This document shows, piece after piece, positions 57,383 through 64,000 of a stretch of 64,000 nt of DNA; within the stretch, counting starts at the first letter, position 1; each line of letters begins with the position of its first letter. This stretch comes from Ignavibacteriota bacterium. Its GTDB lineage: Bacteria > Bacteroidota > Ignavibacteria > UBA10030. A model generated the notes under the pieces. It did not search any database, had not been told where the DNA came from, and saw only the letters and a program-made list of their open reading frames with translations. Location: positions 2,592,001-2,656,000 of the forward strand of contig OY969585.1 in assembly GCA_963701295.1 (NCBI GenBank), read 5' to 3'. The translations under genes and the position numbers were made by a program.

Positions 57383-58108
57383 CTACACTTTCACTGCCAA
57401 ATAGATAGATGCTATGCCGAAGGTTTGCGGATACCATATGGCACTTGAGAACCCGGCATTCATCAGGCAATTGCAAAATTCTTCACCATCCGGAAACTCC
57501 ATAATCGTACTCGGGAGATATTCATACGCCGAACGATTCTTTGAAATAAGACCTCCCAGCAAGGGAAGGAGATATTGAGAATAGAACTGATAGAACTGTT
57601 TTACTGGCGACCGACTCGGCTGTGAAAATTCGAGTATCATTGCTGTTCCACTGCTGCGAAGCACTCGGTAGAATTCACGCAGCCCATGGTCGAGATTCTC
57701 AAAATTTCGTACTCCAAATGCTGTCATAACCACATCGAATGAGCCAGATTCAAATCGAAGATGTTCTGCTTCACCGGATTCAACTGCAATAATGTCTTCA
57801 AGATTCTTCTTAATAATTTTAGCCCGGGCAATTTCAAGCATCTTCGTTGAAATATCCACGCCGATGACTTGCTCCGGATTCAGCCTAGCTGTTTCTATTG
57901 CCAGATCTGCCGTGCCGGTAGCGACATCGAGTATTCGTCTTGGGTGTAATTCCAGGAGCATCCGCACGGCTCGCCGTCGCCAAAGTATATCTATGCCCGA
58001 ACTGAGTGTATGATTCAGAAAATCGTACCGAGAGGCAATAGAATCAAAGAGCGAACGCACATGCTCTTGTCGGTAGATGTGTCGATCACGTTTCTCTTCT
58101 CTGGTCAC
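57383..58108 (-). CDS. menG: Demethylmenaquinone methyltransferase (UbiE/MenG)
   Basis: FDSIA.RYD.LN..LS.G....WR, LDVATGTAD, FGVRN, AY.YLP motifs. Confidence 0.93.
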   Translation of the reverse strand: MTREEKRDRHIYRQEHVRSLFDSIASRYDFLNHTLSSGIDILWRRRAVRMLLELHPRRILDVATGTADLAIETARLNPEQVIGVDISTKMLEIARAKIIKKNLEDIIAVESGEAEHLRFESGSFDVVMTAFGVRNFENLDHGLREFYRVLRSSGTAMILEFSQPSRSPVKQFYQFYSQYLLPLLGGLISKNRSAYEYLPSTIMEFPDGEEFCNCLMNAGFSSAIWYPQTFGIASIYLAVKV

Positions 58109-58272
58109 ACTGCCTATCGTTGGTTCACAGGTTCTATATCTTTTTAAAACTCGGAGTAAATATACACAAGAGAGCCAAGAATTCCAACGTTAAATTACGC
58201 ATCTATGGTACCATCGTCTATTGAATCAAATAAAAGATTAACGTACTATTTTATCAACAAATTGCTTAGAGG

Positions 58273-59103
58273 ATGCAGACCATGATGCACCAGTATATCG
58301 ATTCTCACGCACACCTCTTCTATGAAGATTACAAGAGAGATCTTGAGAGCGTTCTGGATCGCGCAAAGGATGTAGGCGTGAAATATTGCATCGTACCAGG
58401 AACTGATTTAAAAAACAGTCGGGAAGCGGTCTTACTGGCTGAGCAGCATGAGAATATTTTTGCATGTATCGGTGTCCATCCGCACGAAGCTGGTCAAGCA
58501 ACGGATAAGGATTTCGGGGAAATAGAAGAACTGTGCAACCATCCGAAAGTACTAGCTATCGGTGAGATAGGTTTGGATTACCATTATGACTTTTCTCCCA
58601 AAGATCGGCAGAAAGAAATATTTACAGAACAAATAAGAATTGCCGTCAGGCGAAATCTGCCGCTCGTTGTGCATACACGGGAATCGACACAGGATGCATT
58701 CGCAATTGTCCAAGAGGCAGTGAAAACTTATCCCGATTGGAAAGAGACCAGAACGACACCTCAGCGAGGAGTATTTCATTGTTTTCCTGGGACTGCAAAA
58801 GAAGCAGAATATCTGCGTGGACTCGGATTTTACGTCTCATATCCAGGAATAGTGACATTTAAGAAATCAGAAAGCATGGAGATCGTGAAACAGATCGGAG
58901 TTTATAATATTCTTCTCGAGACGGACTCTCCTTATATGACACCGATTCCCCTCCGGGGAAAACGAAACGAGCCGGCAAACATCGTGTACATCGGTCGGAA
59001 GATAGCAGAAGCGCTTCATATTACCGAAGAAGAGGTGGCGCGGGTGACAACAGAAAATACAATGCATCTGTTCGGATTGCGCGATAACGAAAAAGAATTT
59101 TAA
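58273..59103 (+). CDS. tatD: TatD-family DNase
   Basis: DSHAH, GVHPH, GEIGLDY, HTRE, HCF, ETDSPY motifs. Confidence 0.93.
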   Translation: MQTMMHQYIDSHAHLFYEDYKRDLESVLDRAKDVGVKYCIVPGTDLKNSREAVLLAEQHENIFACIGVHPHEAGQATDKDFGEIEELCNHPKVLAIGEIGLDYHYDFSPKDRQKEIFTEQIRIAVRRNLPLVVHTRESTQDAFAIVQEAVKTYPDWKETRTTPQRGVFHCFPGTAKEAEYLRGLGFYVSYPGIVTFKKSESMEIVKQIGVYNILLETDSPYMTPIPLRGKRNEPANIVYIGRKIAEALHITEEEVARVTTENTMHLFGLRDNEKEF

Positions 59104-60011
59104 GGTTTTGTCTTCGTTTCCTGGTAGGTAGATCGATGCTCTTCGTCGTAGTTTGAGAGTCTATCGTACACACTACGGTCAGGGTAGGTCTGGAATACTT
59201 CTGCGATTTCCCTGAACTTTGCATCAAAAAACTGCTTCACAATGACGCTGTTACGGCCTTGCCGGTTTCGTACATCGTTGATAGATTCAAGTGCATTTAG
59301 TATATTGTCTTGCGCCTTTTTCGGTTCCGTAGCGAGCAAATCAATTCCGTCATAATGATAGTTATTCAGTGCGCTACGGAAAGAATCATATTTCATATTC
59401 GTTAATTCATCCGAAATGCCGAACTTGCTGTAACTGGCGGAAGTTTGTTTCCAGTCATTCGCTGATGCGGAGTTCGATGCAAGTCGGACAATATTTATCG
59501 CTTTTTGAAAGCATGAATTTCCGGACATGGGAATATATGTTTCCAGATCATATCCAATAATGATATATGCGTAAAAATCAAGAAAACCGGTTAATGGATC
59601 GAAAATCATTTCATCATGATTCATCCGTTGGTTGGGCATGTAAGGGAATTCCCAATTGTTATCCGCTATTCGTAAAATAGGTGTTGTACGATCCGATATT
59701 TCATCTCTGATATAAACAGGGCGCTGACTGGCGATGACGACTTGCACCTGATAGCGATTATCGCTTGTCCCGCTCTTGAAGGAGATTTCCATATTACAAG
59801 AGATTTTTTCTCCATTGAGGTCTTCATTGGTAAAACGTGTGTTGTTCAAGTAGCGTTCAATGTCGGATGTAAAATTGCGCAGATAATCTCTCTGAGAAGA
59901 TTGAATGCTCTCAATATTATTGATTGTCACTTTACAGTTGAGCTCTTGTGAGATAAGACGGGGTGTTGCAATGAACACGAGAGCGAACAAAAAAACAAAT
60001 ATTCGTTTCAT
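59100..60011 (-). CDS. DUF4835 protein (PorD-like, T9SS-associated)
   Basis: QELNC.VT, RPVY, FYAYIIIGYD..T, G...FQKA, YH..GID, FFDAK..EI motifs. Confidence 0.8.
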   Translation of the reverse strand: MKRIFVFLFALVFIATPRLISQELNCKVTINNIESIQSSQRDYLRNFTSDIERYLNNTRFTNEDLNGEKISCNMEISFKSGTSDNRYQVQVVIASQRPVYIRDEISDRTTPILRIADNNWEFPYMPNQRMNHDEMIFDPLTGFLDFYAYIIIGYDLETYIPMSGNSCFQKAINIVRLASNSASANDWKQTSASYSKFGISDELTNMKYDSFRSALNNYHYDGIDLLATEPKKAQDNILNALESINDVRNRQGRNSVIVKQFFDAKFREIAEVFQTYPDRSVYDRLSNYDEEHRSTYQETKTKP

Positions 60012-60025
60012 AGGAGACACTTTCC

Positions 60026-60892
60026 ATGTATGTGCACAGGAAATATAGCCAATTTCTACTGCCTCAGCAAGGGAAAAGGATAGGTGCTCTATGCTTCATC
60101 TGCTTGCTGGCTGGGACATCATATCTTCATTCAATAGAAAATAATGGTCGAGGCACAAAGGCTGTTGGGATGGCGAACGCCTTCGTCGCAGTCTCGGATA
60201 ATCTTTGGGCAATCAATTACAATCCAGCTGGACTTACCCAAATCGCAGGTATTCAATGCTCTGCTTTTATCATTCCTAATCAATTCGGCTTACCTGAGTT
60301 GCGGACATCAGCTTTTGCAGCGGCTGTGCCATTCTCCTTTGCTACGTTTGCATGTAAAGCGGAGAAATTCGGTTTTGATTTATATAAAGAAACCGAAGTT
60401 GGAATGGCCTGTGCCTTAAAGCTTGATCAAAATATTTCAGGGGGATTAACACTTAATCTTCATCGTCTCGATATTGTTCGCTATGGTAGTACACAAAATG
60501 TCATTCTCAATGGAGGGATCCTTGCCTATGCCCTTAAGAATGTGAAGGTTGGTTTCAATTTCAACAACATGATGGGGGCAACTGTCGGGAAGCTGAGTGA
60601 GAAAATACCACAACTGTTTGCTCTCGGCTCTTGCTGGTCTCCGCTTGATGATTTACTCGTCTCACTGGAGATGGAAAAAGATATCCGCTATCCTGCAAGT
60701 ATAAAATGGGGTATTGAACAAGTGGTGTTTGGTGTGCTGGCGTTTCATGCAGGAGTGGCAAATAATCCGGAGAAGTATTCAGCAGGAATTGGCGTGAAAT
60801 ATTCTTTTTTTGAATTTGGATATGCAGGCTATAGCCACATCGATCTTGGCTGGACTCACCAGATCGAAATATCTTTCAAACTCGACAATTAA
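60026..60892 (+). CDS. PorV/FadL-like outer membrane beta-barrel
   Basis: G....GMANA.VA....A..YNPAGL N-terminal motif and LG.THQ C-terminus. Confidence 0.72.
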   Translation: MYVHRKYSQFLLPQQGKRIGALCFICLLAGTSYLHSIENNGRGTKAVGMANAFVAVSDNLWAINYNPAGLTQIAGIQCSAFIIPNQFGLPELRTSAFAAAVPFSFATFACKAEKFGFDLYKETEVGMACALKLDQNISGGLTLNLHRLDIVRYGSTQNVILNGGILAYALKNVKVGFNFNNMMGATVGKLSEKIPQLFALGSCWSPLDDLLVSLEMEKDIRYPASIKWGIEQVVFGVLAFHAGVANNPEKYSAGIGVKYSFFEFGYAGYSHIDLGWTHQIEISFKLDN

Positions 60893-60898
60893 CAAGGC

Positions 60899-62917
60899 AT
60901 GCGTCGCACATTCTTTTTATTCTTAGCCTTTGGTGTCCCCGTGACACTCGGCGCACAAAAGTTGCAATCAGTGGATACTTTGAAAGTTTCAAAAGATGTT
61001 CCATGGGAGAAACTATTTGAGACAGGAACTGAAGACGAAGAAAATTCTTCCGTCGTTGACGAAGCTACAGAGCTTGAAGATAATCCACTTAATCTTAACA
61101 TGGCGCCCTTAGAGGAACTTCATCGTATTCCTTTCATGACCAATGTGGTCGCCTCTCGAATTGTTGTAAGACGAAAGCTTGCACCATTTACTTCTTTAGA
61201 CGAGCTGGCAACCATCGAAGGTGTAACACCGGAAATGCTTTCTTTCATTCGACTATATGCGCAGATATGGAAGATGAAGGAAACATCAAATGTGGCAGGA
61301 GTATTCCTCAGCAGAATGTCGACCGAAATAGAAAAACGAAAAGGATTTGTAAATAATGCATATCTAGGCTCGCCAATTAAAATCCTCAATAAGTTTCGTA
61401 TAGCGGCCGGCGACAAAAAATCTCCGCTGACATCAGCAATATCAACGATAGAGGCCGGAGCCTTAACAGAAAAAGATCCAGGCGAACAAAGTCTCACAAA
61501 TTTTTCAAGCGGTTTTGGATGCATATCTATACCAGAATTCTCAACGCAGTTGATTATTGGCAATTATCAAGTTGAGGCAGCCGAAGGATTAATCTTGTGG
61601 CGCGCATCTGCATTTTCAAAAGGGAGCGACGTTATTGCTCCTACACGTAAAAATGGCAGCGGAATTTATCCATACCTCTCAACTGATGAAAATTCTTTCC
61701 TACGGGGAATCGCAGTGTCCTTGGAATTCGGTTCCGTGCAGTTTCAGATGTTTTATTCGAATAAACCGGTCAATGCGACGATAGATTCACTCGGTCAAAT
61801 ATCCAGTATCGACCAAAGCGGATTGTTCCGAACAGAGAGTGAAGTACGCAAACAGAAATCGACTCGCGAGACCATGATCGGCTGTCGTGCAATTGCACAT
61901 CTTTGTGAAGGATTGAAGATCGGCGCAACGGCTTATCGCACACATTTTAAAAATCCTTTAATACTGAAAAATGAAAATGGTGAGACGACTTCTCGGCTCT
62001 GGATGCAGGGAATGGATATTTCGTACACGAACCGAAAGGTTGATTTGTTCACAGAACTTGCTGTGGATCGGGCACATGAAATTGCGATGATTGGCGGTTT
62101 GACTTATGAACCGATAACGTCGCTCTCGCTTTCATTGGTAGCAAGAAAATATCCATCAGAATTTCAGAGTATTCACGGAAATGCATTTGGTGAATCCGGC
62201 AGGGATGTTCAAAACGAAAATGGTGTGTACGTTGGAGTAAGGTTGCAACCGATTGATTGGATTAGGATCTCAACGTACTACGATCAATTTGATCATCCTC
62301 AACCCACTCAGTTTATTCCCGCTTCATCACATGGCAACGATTTCCTTGCGCTTGCAGAATGTCAAATAACAAATATGTACGAACTTGCATTTCGCTTCAA
62401 AAGAAAAGAATCACCATCTACAATAGATGAGTGCGATTTGTACAGCAGAATGATGAAACAAATTATTCCATGCATTCAGGAAAATTATCGATTGACGAGC
62501 GAATTGATCTCGTCATCTTCTGTCCATTTATCGAACAGAATAGAGTGGGCAAAAGTAACGTACGCCGGGATGAAGAAATCGGAACATGGTTTACTGCTCT
62601 CACAAACTATTCAATCTACATTGTTTCACTCACTGGCACTTCGAGCGAGGGTAGCTATATTCGAGACGGATTCATATGATTCACGGATGTATGAGTACGA
62701 AGACGACCTTCCCTGTGCATCATCCAATCCGGCACTGTATGGCCGCGGCTTACGATGGTATCTTATTCTCCAATATAACATCTTCCTAAAAAGTGATATC
62801 GGCGTAAAATATTCTCAGACTATCAAAGATGGTGTTACGTCTGTGGGTTCTGGCCTTGATGAAATAGAGGGGAATACTCAATCGCTATTGACTATGCAAT
62901 TAGATGTTCGATTCTAA
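60899..62917 (+). CDS. Helix-hairpin-helix (ComEA-like) domain outer membrane protein
   Basis: PLNLN.A..EEL..IP HhH region, EKDPGE, Y.YE.D, YGRG.R.Y motifs, terminal Phe. Confidence 0.8.
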   Translation: MRRTFFLFLAFGVPVTLGAQKLQSVDTLKVSKDVPWEKLFETGTEDEENSSVVDEATELEDNPLNLNMAPLEELHRIPFMTNVVASRIVVRRKLAPFTSLDELATIEGVTPEMLSFIRLYAQIWKMKETSNVAGVFLSRMSTEIEKRKGFVNNAYLGSPIKILNKFRIAAGDKKSPLTSAISTIEAGALTEKDPGEQSLTNFSSGFGCISIPEFSTQLIIGNYQVEAAEGLILWRASAFSKGSDVIAPTRKNGSGIYPYLSTDENSFLRGIAVSLEFGSVQFQMFYSNKPVNATIDSLGQISSIDQSGLFRTESEVRKQKSTRETMIGCRAIAHLCEGLKIGATAYRTHFKNPLILKNENGETTSRLWMQGMDISYTNRKVDLFTELAVDRAHEIAMIGGLTYEPITSLSLSLVARKYPSEFQSIHGNAFGESGRDVQNENGVYVGVRLQPIDWIRISTYYDQFDHPQPTQFIPASSHGNDFLALAECQITNMYELAFRFKRKESPSTIDECDLYSRMMKQIIPCIQENYRLTSELISSSSVHLSNRIEWAKVTYAGMKKSEHGLLLSQTIQSTLFHSLALRARVAIFETDSYDSRMYEYEDDLPCASSNPALYGRGLRWYLILQYNIFLKSDIGVKYSQTIKDGVTSVGSGLDEIEGNTQSLLTMQLDVRF

Positions 62918-62988
62918 AGTATTTCAAAGAGAACACTTTTTAAGGATAACCATTCTCGATAATCCTTAAGTATATTGGTTTGCTTACA

Positions 62989-63017
62989 TTGCAATCTCAT
63001 CGAAAAAAGGGTATATT
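62989..63017 (+). promoter_or_regulatory. Sigma70-type promoter of secA
   Basis: TTGCAA-17 nt-TATATT. Confidence 0.55.
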
Positions 63018-63052
63018 TTCACCGAAACTTGTGTAATGATTAAGGTAAAAGT

Positions 63053-64000
63053 ATGCTACAATTCCTTAAAAATCTCTTTGGTTCAAAGCACGAACGTGAT
63101 GTGCAAGATCTTTATCCCATGGTCGAGGAGATAAATCAACACATGGCGTCATTAGAAGTACTTACTGATGAAGAACTTCGTAATAAAACCATAGAATTTC
63201 GACAGAGAATTCAAGAGTACATTAAAGCCACTGAAGATGAGATTGCTCAGGCGAAAGAAACACTGAAGCAGTCAGAATCATTTGAAGAACGTGAAGATCT
63301 CTATATAAAGATAGATGAACTTAACAAGCACCTTGATGAGCAAATTGAGGAAGTGTTGAATGAAATTCTTCCGGAAGCTTTTGCTGTCGTAAAGGATGTC
63401 TGCCGTCGATTGGTAGGGCAGTCATGGGATGTTGCCGGTACAAAAATTGTTTGGGATATGGTGCCGTTTGACGTTCAATTGATGGGTGGCATAGTACTTC
63501 ATAAGGGCAAGATCGCAGAAATGACCACTGGTGAAGGAAAAACGCTTGTAGCCACGCTGCCTACATATCTGAATGCGCTTACCGGACGAGGTGTACATAT
63601 CGTTACCGTAAACGATTATCTTGCACTTCGAGATAGTCTATGGATGGGTAAAGTATTTGAGTTTTTAGGGTTGAAAGTCGCTTGTATCCTGCAAAATATG
63701 GATCCTCACCAACGGCGTATTCAATATGCCGCTGATATTACTTACGGTACAAACAATGAATTCGGATTTGACTACTTGCGTGATAATATGGTGGTGAGTG
63801 CCGACGAAATGGTTCAACGTCCCTATAACTACGCCATCGTGGACGAAGTGGATTCGGTTTTGATTGATGAAGCACGAACACCTCTCATTATCAGCGGACC
63901 GGTAGCAAGTGAAGATCATAAGTTTGATGAAATGAAACCGTATGTTGACCGGCTGGTAAAAGCGCAGCAAAATTATGTAGCAAAAATTACTTCTGAAGCA
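63053..64000 (+). CDS. secA: Preprotein translocase SecA, 3' truncated by window
   Basis: [15 protein letters not shown] start; [54 protein letters not shown] motifs. Confidence 0.96.
   Translation, partial: MLQFLKNLFGSKHERDVQDLYPMVEEINQHMASLEVLTDEELRNKTIEFRQRIQEYIKATEDEIAQAKETLKQSESFEEREDLYIKIDELNKHLDEQIEEVLNEILPEAFAVVKDVCRRLVGQSWDVAGTKIVWDMVPFDVQLMGGIVLHKGKIAEMTTGEGKTLVATLPTYLNALTGRGVHIVTVNDYLALRDSLWMGKVFEFLGLKVACILQNMDPHQRRIQYAADITYGTNNEFGFDYLRDNMVVSADEMVQRPYNYAIVDEVDSVLIDEARTPLIISGPVASEDHKFDEMKPYVDRLVKAQQNYVAKITSEA

Overview
Bacterial chromosomal window, most likely from an Ignavibacteria-like member of the FCB/Bacteroidota superphylum. This placement is inferred from DUF2795, a PorD-like DUF4835 protein, ScpAB, HprK and futalosine-pathway genes. 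Housekeeping blocks are NUDIX-pfkB-mtnA-recO-degP-aroC (1-6085), HNH-trpS-scpAB-rluB-lysS-ctpA through topA-xerC-hpf-hprK-holB-metG (13.3-36.2 kb), and amidohydrolase-mqnD-menG-tatD-porD-barrel pair-secA (55.6-64 kb). Two accessory stretches (about 6.1-13.1 kb and 36.2-55.6 kb) contain unrelated single genes separated by several families of short palindromic REP-like repeats, some nested inside each other. The main observations are: (1) two different palindromic repeat families are inserted in frame inside a 1102-aa type IIG restriction-modification enzyme; (2) the futalosine menaquinone locus is decaying (mqnA remnant, frameshifted mqnC, a second diverged mqnC tail) right beside an intact MenA-like prenyltransferase; (3) an intact atypical TIR-like gene lies between the broken mqn genes; (4) an amidohydrolase is co-operonic with mqnD-menG; (5) ScpB has a long acidic tail ending in a MinD-like amphipathic helix. 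No tRNA, rRNA, CRISPR array or transposase was seen. All family assignments are from motif recognition by eye, not database searches.
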